This document shows, in pieces, positions 30,917-40,283 of a stretch of DNA of 56,008 bases (position 1 is the stretch's first letter; each line of letters opens with the position of its first letter). The notes under the pieces are model-generated. The model was not told the DNA's origin. It made no database searches and saw nothing but the letters and a program-made list of their open reading frames with translations. Both the position numbers and the translations under genes were made by a program. The stretch comes from an uncultured Bacilli bacterium (GTDB lineage Bacteria > Bacillota_I > Bacilli_A > RF39 > UBA660): contig CANQHD010000002.1 in assembly GCA_947623625.1 (NCBI GenBank), positions 1 through 56,008 of the forward strand, given 5' to 3'.

Positions 30917-31912
30917 TTATTCTCCTTCTATTTCTTTTAGAATTTTTATGAGCTCACTTTCTACTTTAGCGATAGTACTGTCTTCAACTCTTGCTGCTGC
31001 AACATGCTCATCTCCACCACCACCTAATTTGGAAAGAACTTCTCCTACATTTACACCAGAACTACTTCTTGCACTAATCCCAATCGTTTTTTCTCCAACT
31101 TTTCCAATGACAAAAGTCGTTTCTATATCATTAAAAAAGAGCAATGTATCTGCAATTTTAGCCAGGTCTTCTCTTCTATAGATAGTATAGGCACTTCCTT
31201 TTGAAATTGCAATTGTTTTGTTTTTAATATCTACATTCAATATTAATTGTTGCCGTTCCATATATTCTTTAATATCTTGCTTTAATAGGTATTGTACTTT
31301 CTTAGGAGATGCACCTTGATTCGTTAAAAAATAAGCAGCATAATATGTTTCCTCCGTTGTCTTTAAAGTAAAATTATTCGTATCTAGTACAATTCCTGAT
31401 AATACTAAAGTACTATAATAAGGATCTATTTTTACTTGATAACATTCCATTAAGTTGGCAACCATTTCACATGTACTAGAAACTTCTTGGTCAATGATTT
31501 CTAAGCCAGCAGTTAACGAAGTGGGACCTTTATCATGATGATCAATAATAATCATGTGTTCTTCATCAAAATAATCTAAGACACTTTGATTTTGCAATAG
31601 TTCTTTCTTATTCGTATCTAAAATAAGTAATAAATTTTGACCAATTCTCGAATAAAGATGATTACAAACATCATCCCCTTTAATAATTCCAATACAGCCA
31701 TCTAATTCTTTTAATATTTTTGAAACGCCTAATTCATTTCTTTTATCATCAATTATGAGATAACAATTTTTTCCCATTTTTTCAAGAATAGAATAAAATC
31801 CTATAGAACTTCCTAAAGCATCTAAATCTAAGTCTTGATGTGCCATTATAAAAATTGTCTTCGCTTTTTTTATTTTTTTTGAAAGTTGTTTTCTTTGTTC
31901 TATAATTCTCAT
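30917..31912 (-). CDS. stand-alone DHH/DHHA1 phosphoesterase at the gdpP (yybT) locus
   Basis: Start at ATG after AGGAGGAATT. DHH motifs DLDALGS, IIIDHHD and [11 protein letters not shown] are present. No TM, PAS or GGDEF region is present. Confidence 0.75.
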   Translation of the reverse strand: MRIIEQRKQLSKKIKKAKTIFIMAHQDLDLDALGSSIGFYSILEKMGKNCYLIIDDKRNELGVSKILKELDGCIGIIKGDDVCNHLYSRIGQNLLLILDTNKKELLQNQSVLDYFDEEHMIIIDHHDKGPTSLTAGLEIIDQEVSSTCEMVANLMECYQVKIDPYYSTLVLSGIVLDTNNFTLKTTEETYYAAYFLTNQGASPKKVQYLLKQDIKEYMERQQLILNVDIKNKTIAISKGSAYTIYRREDLAKIADTLLFFNDIETTFVIGKVGEKTIGISARSSSGVNVGEVLSKLGGGGDEHVAAARVEDSTIAKVESELIKILKEIEGE

Positions 31913-31996
31913 AATTCCTCCTAGCCAATCCCCCAATTTAATTATACTACAAAAAATGCTCTTTTCAAGGCATAAGAAAAGAAGTGATCATCACTT

Positions 31997-32212
31997 CTAC
32001 TTTGTATATGGTAATAAACCTATTGCACGTGCACGTTTAATTTGATCAGCAATATATCTTTGATGACGAGCACAGTTACCTGTTACACGTCTTGGAAGAA
32101 TTTTTCCTTTTTCATTAATATATTTTTTTAAAGTTTCAACATCTTTATAATCAACTGTTTTTCCAGTACACATTAAGCAAACTTTCTTTTTCTTGCGATA
32201 AAACTCTGCCAT
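31997..32212 (-). CDS. rpsR: ribosomal protein S18
   Basis: Typical S18 sequence. Confidence 0.95.
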   Translation of the reverse strand: MAEFYRKKKKVCLMCTGKTVDYKDVETLKKYINEKGKILPRRVTGNCARHQRYIADQIKRARAIGLLPYTK

Positions 32213-32227
32213 TTGATATCCTCCTTT

Positions 32228-32707
32228 TTAGAATGGTAATTCGTCATCATTAATTTCGATGCTAGACCCAAAATCTGCAAAAGGATTTCCTGAGACATCA
32301 GTACTAGATGGTTCTTCTTGTGGAAAATCAGAAAATACTGGTGCAGGCTCTTGTGACACAGGGGTAGAATTAGATTGATCTGTTGATGATCTTTTAGCAC
32401 CAACAAACTCAATATTGTCTGCAATGACTTCAGTAACATAATGACGTTTTCCATCATTTCCATCATAACTTCTAGATTGTAAACGTCCATCAATTGCAAC
32501 TTGACTACCTTGAGTTAAATAATTTTTTACAGTTTCTGCTTGTCTTCTCCAAACAACTATATTAATAAAATCTGCTTGACGTTCTCCATTTTGTCCTGTA
32601 AATGGTCGATTGACTGCAATGGAAAATGTTGCAACTGCAGTATTGCTTCCTGTATATCGAAGCTCTGGGTCCCTTGTTAATCTTCCGATTAAAAATACTT
32701 TATTCAT
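32228..32707 (-). CDS. ssb: single-stranded DNA-binding protein
   Basis: MNKVFLIGRLTRDPELRYT and the C-terminal DDELPF tip. Confidence 0.96.
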   Translation of the reverse strand: MNKVFLIGRLTRDPELRYTGSNTAVATFSIAVNRPFTGQNGERQADFINIVVWRRQAETVKNYLTQGSQVAIDGRLQSRSYDGNDGKRHYVTEVIADNIEFVGAKRSSTDQSNSTPVSQEPAPVFSDFPQEEPSSTDVSGNPFADFGSSIEINDDELPF

Positions 32708-32722
32708 GATAACTCCTTTTTT

Positions 32723-33019
32723 TTATTCGTCTACTCGAATAACTATATGACGAATAATATTTTCATTAATTCTTGCAACACGAGAAAATTCTTTTGTCGC
32801 TTCTTTAGCATTTTCTACAATAAACAAATAGTAAAAACCTGTTTTATATTTATTCATTTCATAAGCTAAATCTTTTTGTCCCATTGACTTTTCTTCAAGA
32901 ACTTTTGCTCCATTATCTGTTAAAACCTTCTTCATATTATCCACTGTTTTTTTAATTTCAGCTTCCTCTAAATCAGGCTTTACGATAAACATTATTTCAT
33001 ATTTGTTCATCTTTTTCAC
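32723..33019 (-). CDS. rpsF: ribosomal protein S6
   Basis: Typical S6 sequence at the head of rpsF-ssb-rpsR. Confidence 0.95.
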   Translation of the reverse strand: MKKMNKYEIMFIVKPDLEEAEIKKTVDNMKKVLTDNGAKVLEEKSMGQKDLAYEMNKYKTGFYYLFIVENAKEATKEFSRVARINENIIRHIVIRVDE

Positions 33020-33284
33020 CTCCTTCTGGACATAAGGCTTACTTCAAAGTAAGCAAGGAGTACTTTTAATACTCGCATATAGTATAGCAAACAAATATTT
33101 AGTTGTCTATTCTTTTTTTCGTTTTTTGATGCGAATTTTTAGGATTATTTTTACACTTTTAAAATTTTTTTTGAAGTATTCCTATAATCTAAATTAAGGA
33201 CTCCTTCTCTTGGCTTTTTATAAAATAAAGTATAGTATCTAACAATTCATTCAAGGAAATAAGTCCAAGTTATCGCATTTTTCC

Positions 33285-34385
33285 CTATACATTAAATCTA
33301 AATAAGCAAATATCTCCATCTTTCATTAAATAATCTTTTCCTTCAAGACGAACTTTTCCATTTTCTTTTACTTTAAGTTCACTTCCCAAAGTAATTAAAT
33401 CTTCATAAGACATAATTTCTGCTTTAATAAATCCCTTTTCAAAATCTGTATGAATAATTCCAGCACATTGTTTTGCATTCATTCCTTCTTTAAATGTCCA
33501 AGCTCTTACTTCATCTTTTCCTACAGTAAAGTATGTTGCAAGTCCTAACAAATCATACGTTGCTCGAATTAATCCATTTAATCCACTCTCTTCCATATTG
33601 TACATTTCTAAAAGTTCCTTTTTCTCGTCTTCTTCCAAAGTACTTAATTCTTCTTCAACTTTGCAACAAATAGATACAACTTTTGCCTGTTCTTTTTGAG
33701 CATATTCTTCAACTTGTAAAACATAACGATTTTTAGGAAGTCCTAATTCACTTTCATCAATGTTTGCAAGATAAATAATAGGTTTTAATGTTAAGAATTG
33801 GAAGGATTTTAATGCTTCTTTTTCTAAAGGAGTAAATTGAACAAGTCTTAACGGCTGATTTTGTTCTAATGCTTTTTTGGCTTTTTCAAGAGTCTCTAGT
33901 TCTAATAAATCTTGTTTATCTTTCGTTGTTCTTGCTTTTTTAGCGATACGTTCAATTCGATTTCCTATGATTTCTAAGTCTGCAATAACAAGTTCTAAAT
34001 TAATTGTTTCAATATCTCTTATTGGATCAATTGTTCCTTCGACATGAATAATTTTTGAAGAATCAAAACAGCGTACAACTTCTACAATAGCATCTGTTTC
34101 TCTAATATGTGCTAAAAACTTATTTCCAAGACCTTCACCTTGACTTGCTCCTTTGACAAGTCCTGCAATATCTGTAAATTCATAACTTGTTGGGATGAGT
34201 CTTTTAGGTTGATACATCTCGTTTAATTTTTCTAATCTTTTATCAGGTACCATTACAATACCGACATTCGGATCAATAGTTGCAAAAGGATAATTCGCTG
34301 CTAAAATAGTTTGCTTCGTAATTGCATTAAATAATGTACTTTTTCCAACATTTGGTAGTCCTACAATTCCAGCTTTTAAACTCAC
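33285..34385 (-). CDS. ychF: redox-regulated ATPase YchF
   Basis: GIVGLPNVGKSTLFNA and a C-terminal TGS-like region. Confidence 0.95.
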   Translation of the reverse strand: MSLKAGIVGLPNVGKSTLFNAITKQTILAANYPFATIDPNVGIVMVPDKRLEKLNEMYQPKRLIPTSYEFTDIAGLVKGASQGEGLGNKFLAHIRETDAIVEVVRCFDSSKIIHVEGTIDPIRDIETINLELVIADLEIIGNRIERIAKKARTTKDKQDLLELETLEKAKKALEQNQPLRLVQFTPLEKEALKSFQFLTLKPIIYLANIDESELGLPKNRYVLQVEEYAQKEQAKVVSICCKVEEELSTLEEDEKKELLEMYNMEESGLNGLIRATYDLLGLATYFTVGKDEVRAWTFKEGMNAKQCAGIIHTDFEKGFIKAEIMSYEDLITLGSELKVKENGKVRLEGKDYLMKDGDICLFRFNV

Positions 34386-34414
34386 AATAACACCTCTTTT
34401 TTTTAAACAGTATT

Positions 34415-34443
34415 ATTATAACAAACATCTTTTTATTTGTCAC
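34415..34443 (-). promoter_or_regulatory. ychF promoter
   Basis: On the minus strand: GTGACA, 17 nt, TATAAT. Confidence 0.45.
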
Positions 34444-34446
34444 AAA

Positions 34447-34466
34447 ATTATTTCCCGGGAAATAAT
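34447..34466. promoter_or_regulatory. Noc-binding-site (NBS) palindrome
   Basis: ATTATTTCCCGGGAAATAAT is a perfect 20-bp palindrome containing the B. subtilis NBS core ATTTCCCGGGAAAT. Confidence 0.6.
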
Positions 34467-34504
34467 TGGATTGTACTACTCTCTAAGAATGGATTCAATC
34501 AAAA

Positions 34505-34536
34505 TAAAAAAAAGCTTATCCTATAACGTAGGATAA
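34505..34536 (-). terminator. terminator after the AbgT-family gene
   Basis: On the minus strand, TTATCCTA-CGTTA-TAGGATAA followed by GC and a T-rich tract. Confidence 0.65.
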
Positions 34537-34561
34537 ACTGAAGGTCCTATTGGTAACCCAA

Positions 34562-36115
34562 TTAAATCCAACCCAAAATGAGTAAAATCCATGCAAGAGA
34601 AATAAAAGCAAAATATGGTACTAAAAATTGAATGGATTCATGAATTGTAATTGGCTTATTCTTTTTTGGATTATAAATATTCAAATAACCTATATAAATA
34701 ACAAATCCAGCAAGTAATGGTGTTATTCCATTTGTAATAGAGTCCCCTGCTCTTAATAACATCTGTGAAAAAGCAGGAGATATGTTTGCTTGCATCAAGG
34801 CTGGCACAACAACAGGTGCAAAAATACTCCATTTTAGAGTTGGTGTTGTACTAAATATATTGGATACCCCAATCATTACAATGACTAATATTAATAATGG
34901 AATTCCAGAAAAAGAAAGATTTTGTATTACATTTGCACACCAACAAGTAATAATTGTTCCAATATTTGTATTTCTAAATATAGATATAAATTGACTTGCC
35001 ACAAAAATTAGAATAAATAATTCTCCTAAATCTGCAAAAGTACTTTTACATCCATTAATAATATCTTTATCATTCTTTATTGTTTTAGCCCCAACTCCGT
35101 ATGCAAGTCCCATTCCTAAGAAAAATAAACACATCATATAAGTAAAACCATCTTGAAAGTAACTATTACTTCCAAACAATTGATTCAAATAAGTATTTTC
35201 ACTCATATCAAGAAGCATTCCAGAATTAGGAAGACCAGGTACTATCATATATATAAATGCAATGACAATAATAATACCTGTAATATAAGCAAAACGAAGT
35301 CCTCTTTTTTCTTTTTTCTCTTCTGCAATTTTTGTCTGTTCCAACTCTTCTTCATTCATCAATAGAAGTTCTTCTGTTCTTTCAAAATTATCTTTATCAC
35401 GATATTTACCTATTTTAGGAGCAATAAATTTTTCTATAATAAATGTTCCTACTATAGAAAGTAAAATTGTAAATGCAATGATGATATACAAATTAGATGT
35501 CAAAGATACATGAGCTGTCTCATCAATTAAGTGTGCTGCGCTTTCAGTATATGGAATTAATCCAACTTCCATACTTCCAACGAACAAACTCACACCATAT
35601 CCAAATGAAACTCCACAAAATGCTGTGATAATTCCAAGTAATGGATTTCGATTATTCATAATATAGAAAATAGCAGCAAGTGGAATTAAAAAGGAATAAC
35701 CTACTTCATTAATCAAAGATGAAAACGTTGCTAGAAATAGGACAACAAAAGTCAAATTTCTCTTACGCATCTTTAAGAAATGCCTATTTCCAAAGGCATC
35801 TATAAATCCTGTAGCTTTTGCCACAGAAATTCCAATTAATGCAAGAAGAAGCATTCCAAGAGGTGCAAATGATATAAAATTTCTTAAGGCATTACTAAAG
35901 ATGTATTTCATTCCATCAAAGTTAAGCATATTCTCAACGGAAATTAAAACAGATTCCAATTCATTTGTTACCTCATTTACCGTGTTATATGTACCTTGCA
36001 TTTCAAATGCTGATAAAATAGCACTTAAAAATACAACAATTACTGTTAAGAATAAAAATACTGTAATTGGATGAAAATAAAATTTTTTTAATTTCAATTT
36101 TCTTTTATCTTTCAT
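34562..36115 (-). CDS. AbgT-family (p-aminobenzoyl-glutamate/YdaH-like) transporter
   Basis: 517-aa polytopic membrane protein. N-terminus and overall layout resemble AbgT family members as I recall them. Confidence 0.6.
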   Translation of the reverse strand: MKDKRKLKLKKFYFHPITVFLFLTVIVVFLSAILSAFEMQGTYNTVNEVTNELESVLISVENMLNFDGMKYIFSNALRNFISFAPLGMLLLALIGISVAKATGFIDAFGNRHFLKMRKRNLTFVVLFLATFSSLINEVGYSFLIPLAAIFYIMNNRNPLLGIITAFCGVSFGYGVSLFVGSMEVGLIPYTESAAHLIDETAHVSLTSNLYIIIAFTILLSIVGTFIIEKFIAPKIGKYRDKDNFERTEELLLMNEEELEQTKIAEEKKEKRGLRFAYITGIIIVIAFIYMIVPGLPNSGMLLDMSENTYLNQLFGSNSYFQDGFTYMMCLFFLGMGLAYGVGAKTIKNDKDIINGCKSTFADLGELFILIFVASQFISIFRNTNIGTIITCWCANVIQNLSFSGIPLLILVIVMIGVSNIFSTTPTLKWSIFAPVVVPALMQANISPAFSQMLLRAGDSITNGITPLLAGFVIYIGYLNIYNPKKNKPITIHESIQFLVPYFAFISLAWILLILGWI

Positions 36116-36309
36116 GATACTTCCTCCGATAAAACTTTTTTAATTTTTTTATTCAAGTCTACTCTAGGAACAAAAATAGTTCTTCCACAACCACAGCATT
36201 TTATTTTTATATCAGCTCCTAATCTTATCACTTCCCATTCATTGCTTCCACAAGGATGTCCTTTTTTTAAAATGATATGATCACTTACTTTATAAACTTT
36301 CTCGTTCAT
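36112..36309 (-). CDS. DUF951 family small protein (YyzM-like)
   Basis: GHPCGSNEWEV.R.GADIKIKC..CGR is characteristic. Start taken at MNEKVY. Confidence 0.7.
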   Translation of the reverse strand: MNEKVYKVSDHIILKKGHPCGSNEWEVIRLGADIKIKCCGCGRTIFVPRVDLNKKIKKVLSEEVS

Positions 36310-37105
36310 AATGTACCTCCATTTGAGGATATGGAATACTAAATCCATTTTTTTCTAATCCAATTTTATAATCTCGTTTTAAATTTCGTTCTGTTTGAAA
36401 TTGTTGTCCCGCTTCTGTAAGAACCGTAATTCTATAAACAACACTCGACTCATCTAATCGATCAACACCAAGTATTTCAATAGGTCCTTTTAAGCCTTTA
36501 TATGTTTTTTCAAGATTTTTAGCAATTTTAGAGAGCACTTTTTCTAACGCCTCCAAATCACTTTCATAACGAACCGGAAGTTCAATTAATGCAAGAGCAG
36601 GATTTAAACTATAATTAATAACTTCTGTAATATTTCGATTCGAAATAATTTTAACGGCTCCCTTAAAATCTTTAATACGTGTTGTTTTTAATCCAATGAA
36701 AATAACTTTTCCACGAAATCCTCCAACTTCAATATCATCACCTATTTCAAATTGATTTTCTAAAAGAATTGCAATTCCTGATAAAATATCTTTTAATGTA
36801 TCTTGAAAAGCAAGACCAACAACAGCAACTCCAATTCCTAAACCTGCAATAATGGATTGAACATCAACATGATAGGTATTTAAAATAATTAACACAACAA
36901 CTATCATGATAATATATTTTAAGAAGTTTTCAATTAAAACACGTATTGTATCTATTCTTTTTTTATCTTTCCCTTTTACTTTTGGATGTTTAAATAACTT
37001 ATCTAAAATTGTTTTCGAAGTTTTATAAAAACTATATCCTATAATAATATAGATAATTGGTAATATAATATATTGAAATAAATCTGTTTGGACATAAGCA
37101 CTCAA
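36290..37105 (-). CDS. mechanosensitive ion channel (MscS family)
   Basis: N-terminal TM helices and an MscS beta domain (IGD.IEVGGFRGKV..IGLKTTRIKD). TTG start after AGGTGA. Confidence 0.8.
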   Translation of the reverse strand: MSAYVQTDLFQYIILPIIYIIIGYSFYKTSKTILDKLFKHPKVKGKDKKRIDTIRVLIENFLKYIIMIVVVLIILNTYHVDVQSIIAGLGIGVAVVGLAFQDTLKDILSGIAILLENQFEIGDDIEVGGFRGKVIFIGLKTTRIKDFKGAVKIISNRNITEVINYSLNPALALIELPVRYESDLEALEKVLSKIAKNLEKTYKGLKGPIEILGVDRLDESSVVYRITVLTEAGQQFQTERNLKRDYKIGLEKNGFSIPYPQMEVHYERESL

Positions 37106-37113
37106 AAAATCAC

Positions 37114-37992
37114 CTACTTATTCAATTGCATAATTTCTAAGATACGATTTAAGTCATTTTTATTTGTAAAAGTAATAACAAGTTTGTTGTTTTTAACTTT
37201 TACTTTTGTTCCAAGTTTTTCTTCTAAAGTGTTCTCAACATATGTATATTCACCATCAATTGTTGCTTTTCGTTTCATCTCTCTTCTTCTTGGATATTTC
37301 TCTTTTGTTGTTAATTCTTCTAATGCTCGAACACTCAAGTCTTCATCAACGATTTTTTCAGCAAGTCGTTTAATTTGTTCTCTATCACTTAATTTACTCA
37401 AGACACGAGCATGTCCCATTGAAATTTGATTTGTTGTAATAAAATCTTTGACTTCTTCTGGAAGATTGAGAAGTCCTATCATATTTGTAATATAGCTTCT
37501 ACTTTTTCCAAGGCGATGTGCTAGCATATCTTGTGTCAGTGAAAGAGAATCTTGTAGTTTTTTATAAGCAACGGCTTCTTCTAATGGGGATAAATTTTCA
37601 CGTTGTAAATTTTCAAGAATGGCAATTTCCATCATTGCTTCATCTGTAAAATCTTTAATAATCGCTGGAATCGTTGTAAGTCCTGCTAAACGAGAGGCTT
37701 TAACTCTTCGCTCTCCTGCAACGATATCATAGCCTTTAATACTTTTCTTCGCAATAATTGGCTGTAAAACACCATGTTCCTTGATAGAAATTGCAAGTTC
37801 TTCTAGTTTTGCTTCATCAAATGTTTTCCTTGGTTGATAAGGATTCGCACGTAATTCTGCAAGAGGTAACTCTACAATCTCATTTTTTGGAGTTTCTTTG
37901 ACAATTTTCTCTTCTAAATTGTTATAATCAATTGGTTCATTATGGAATAATTCTTCTAAGCCTTTTCCAAGTGCTCTTCTTTTAGTTTCCAT
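37114..37992 (-). CDS. parB: chromosome partitioning protein ParB/Spo0J
   Basis: RALGKGLEELF, NPYQPRK, GERRVKAS, HTH GKSRSYITNMIGLL, and C-terminal LGTKVKV...LNRILE. Confidence 0.92.
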   Translation of the reverse strand: METKRRALGKGLEELFHNEPIDYNNLEEKIVKETPKNEIVELPLAELRANPYQPRKTFDEAKLEELAISIKEHGVLQPIIAKKSIKGYDIVAGERRVKASRLAGLTTIPAIIKDFTDEAMMEIAILENLQRENLSPLEEAVAYKKLQDSLSLTQDMLAHRLGKSRSYITNMIGLLNLPEEVKDFITTNQISMGHARVLSKLSDREQIKRLAEKIVDEDLSVRALEELTTKEKYPRRREMKRKATIDGEYTYVENTLEEKLGTKVKVKNNKLVITFTNKNDLNRILEIMQLNK

Positions 37993-38767
37993 TGCGATCA
38001 ATCACTTCCTTTGCTAAATTAATATAAGCTTCACTGCCTCTACTTTTAGGATCATATGCGATAATTGGTTCTCCATGAGATGGAGCTTCTGTTAAACGAA
38101 TCAAACGGGGTATGATGGTATTATAAACTTTTTCTTTAAAAAACTTTCGAATATCTTCTACAACTTCAAATCCTAAATTCGTTCTTGAATCTAGCATTGT
38201 CAGTAGTACGCCTTCAATATCTAAACTTGGATTGAGTTGTTTTTGAGCAAGACGGATTGTATTTAACAATTGCATAATTCCCTCTAAAGCAAAGAATTCA
38301 CATTGAACAGGAATAATCACTGAGTTGCTTGCTGTTAAAGCGTTTGTTGTAATAAGTCCTAATGATGGGGGACAATCTATAATAATAAAATCAAAAAAAT
38401 CTTTGACTGTGCTTAAATGATTTTTTAACTGTGCTCCCTTTGCAAATCCAGGTTCACTTTGACTTTTTTCCAATAACTCAATATCAAGCCCTGCTAAATT
38501 AATGGTGGCAGGAATGACATAAAGCTGTTTATATTTTGTATGAATCATTGCCTCTTTAATTTGACACTTTCCAACTAAAACGTCATAAATGCTTAAGGAG
38601 ATGTCTCCTTTATTTATTCCTATTCCTGTTGTTGTATTTCCTTGAGGATCTAAATCGACTAAAAGGACTTTTTTTCCAAGAATAGCCAAGCTTGCAGAAA
38701 GATTGATACTGGTTGTAGTTTTCCCAACTCCACCTTTTTGGTTCACTAATGAAATAACTTTTCCCAT
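37982..38767 (-). CDS. parA: ParA/Soj ATPase
   Basis: Deviant Walker A NQKGGVGKTTT. Confidence 0.93.
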   Translation of the reverse strand: MGKVISLVNQKGGVGKTTTSINLSASLAILGKKVLLVDLDPQGNTTTGIGINKGDISLSIYDVLVGKCQIKEAMIHTKYKQLYVIPATINLAGLDIELLEKSQSEPGFAKGAQLKNHLSTVKDFFDFIIIDCPPSLGLITTNALTASNSVIIPVQCEFFALEGIMQLLNTIRLAQKQLNPSLDIEGVLLTMLDSRTNLGFEVVEDIRKFFKEKVYNTIIPRLIRLTEAPSHGEPIIAYDPKSRGSEAYINLAKEVIDRNGN

Positions 38768-38840
38768 TTTACTTCACCCGTTTCTTTTCATATCATAATT
38801 TATTGTAGCAAAGTTTTTATTCTTTTTCTAGACTCTCGAT

Positions 38841-38864
38841 AAAAAAAGTAGATTTCTTCTACTT
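38841..38864 (-). terminator. terminator after the noc-like gene
   Basis: On the minus strand, AAGTAGA-AGAAA-TCTACTT followed by T7. Confidence 0.65.
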
Positions 38865-38869
38865 TATAT

Positions 38870-40156
38870 TTAGTCCTTCATAATTCTTATTACAATCTGA
38901 TAGTTATTATCAAAATCCATTTCATCCATTTCTATTTTTACGCCTGCTGCTTTAAGATCCATAACACTTGCTTTTACTTTATCTATAGAAGATTGTAATG
39001 AATTTTCACTCTTTGGAATGAAATTTGTAGGATCTACAGATGCAGTTTGATTTTCAGAATTTTGAATTAACGGAATTTGGAAAGGATCTGGTGATGATGG
39101 CTCCTTAGGTTTTTCTGGAACTGGTTGAATATCAGGAACTTTAAAATACTCATCCGTCATTGTATGAGGTGTTGTTGCCGTTGAAGAAGGACTTTGTTTT
39201 TCTACTTCTGGATTCATATTAAAGAATTTAAAAGATTGCTGACTTCCTTCGCTTTTCTCATTTTGACCACTTACTTGTAACAAATTATCTAAATCTGCTG
39301 GTTTTTTGCTATCAAAATTAATATCTTGAGCCGTTTGTCTTAAAGCATTTATATCTGGAGGAATAATCGCATTACTAACTCCAGCATCTGCATCCGGATC
39401 TTCCTCATCTAAATCATAATTAATAAATTTAGGCGGTGTACTATAGTCAATTGCACCATCTTCTTTTGATGATGAAACCGCTTCTTGAATCGAAGGAGCA
39501 GCTATTGTATTTTGAAGAGGAATTTCTAATCCATTTTTCTCTTCCTTAGGGGCAACTTTATCAGGATTAATTGTCTTTTCAAGTTCTCTTACCGTCATTT
39601 TTTCATCCATAATTCTCTTGAGCATTTTCTTTTGTTCTTCTGGATCAGATAACCCTAAAAGACTTCGTGCATGTCTTTCTGAAATTTGTTCTTTTAATAC
39701 AGCATCTTGCACCACTTCAGGTAAAGTCAAAAGTCTTAATTTATTCGCAATAGCTCCCTGACTTTTTCCCATTGTTTTAGCAAGACCTTCTTGTGTCATT
39801 TGATCGAGCTCTAGTATTTTTTGATATGTTCTTGCTTCTTCTATTGGGTTCAAGTTTTTTCTTTGTAAATTTTCAAGAAGAGCTACTTTAGATGTTTCTT
39901 TATCATCTAAATTTCGTATAATAGCGGGAATTTTTGTTAGTCCTGCTAACGCACTTGCTTTATAGCGTCGCTCTCCTGCAATGATTTCATATTTGTTTCC
40001 AATATTTCGAACAATAATTGGTTGAATAACACCATGTTCTTTAATAGAAACAGCTAACTCTTTCAAAGCTTTTTCATCAAATATTTCTCTTGGTTGAAAC
40101 CGATTTGGAATAATATCATCTAAATGTAATTGTACGACTTCATTTTCCTGAGGCAT
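38870..40156 (-). CDS. noc: Noc-like ParB-family protein with a long internal low-complexity linker
   Basis: ParB N-domain (IPNRFQPR, GERRYKAS). The HTH is GKSQGAIANKLRLL...ISERHAR. The C-terminus AGVKIEMDEMDFDNNYQIVIRIMKD resembles B. subtilis Noc. Position between rsmG and parAB is as in Bacilli. Start taken at the ATG after GAAGGA. Confidence 0.75.
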   Translation of the reverse strand: MPQENEVVQLHLDDIIPNRFQPREIFDEKALKELAVSIKEHGVIQPIIVRNIGNKYEIIAGERRYKASALAGLTKIPAIIRNLDDKETSKVALLENLQRKNLNPIEEARTYQKILELDQMTQEGLAKTMGKSQGAIANKLRLLTLPEVVQDAVLKEQISERHARSLLGLSDPEEQKKMLKRIMDEKMTVRELEKTINPDKVAPKEEKNGLEIPLQNTIAAPSIQEAVSSSKEDGAIDYSTPPKFINYDLDEEDPDADAGVSNAIIPPDINALRQTAQDINFDSKKPADLDNLLQVSGQNEKSEGSQQSFKFFNMNPEVEKQSPSSTATTPHTMTDEYFKVPDIQPVPEKPKEPSSPDPFQIPLIQNSENQTASVDPTNFIPKSENSLQSSIDKVKASVMDLKAAGVKIEMDEMDFDNNYQIVIRIMKD

Positions 40157-40283
40157 AACCACACATCCTTCTATTCTTTTATAATTTTCTTAATGATAAC
40201 ATTATAACATGCTTTTTTTAAATCGGAAATAAAAAGTTTTAATTTGTTCTTTTCCTTATTTTGAGTTGTTCTAGAAAAAGAAA

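Noticed and set aside
33020-33100. Possible S6:S18-binding leader upstream of rpsF (hairpins GAGTA..TACTC and GCTTACT-TCAA-AGTAAGC, downstream of a TAGACA-17-TATACT promoter)
   Set aside because: The position is right, but I cannot verify the conserved motif from memory. It needs an Rfam or Infernal scan.
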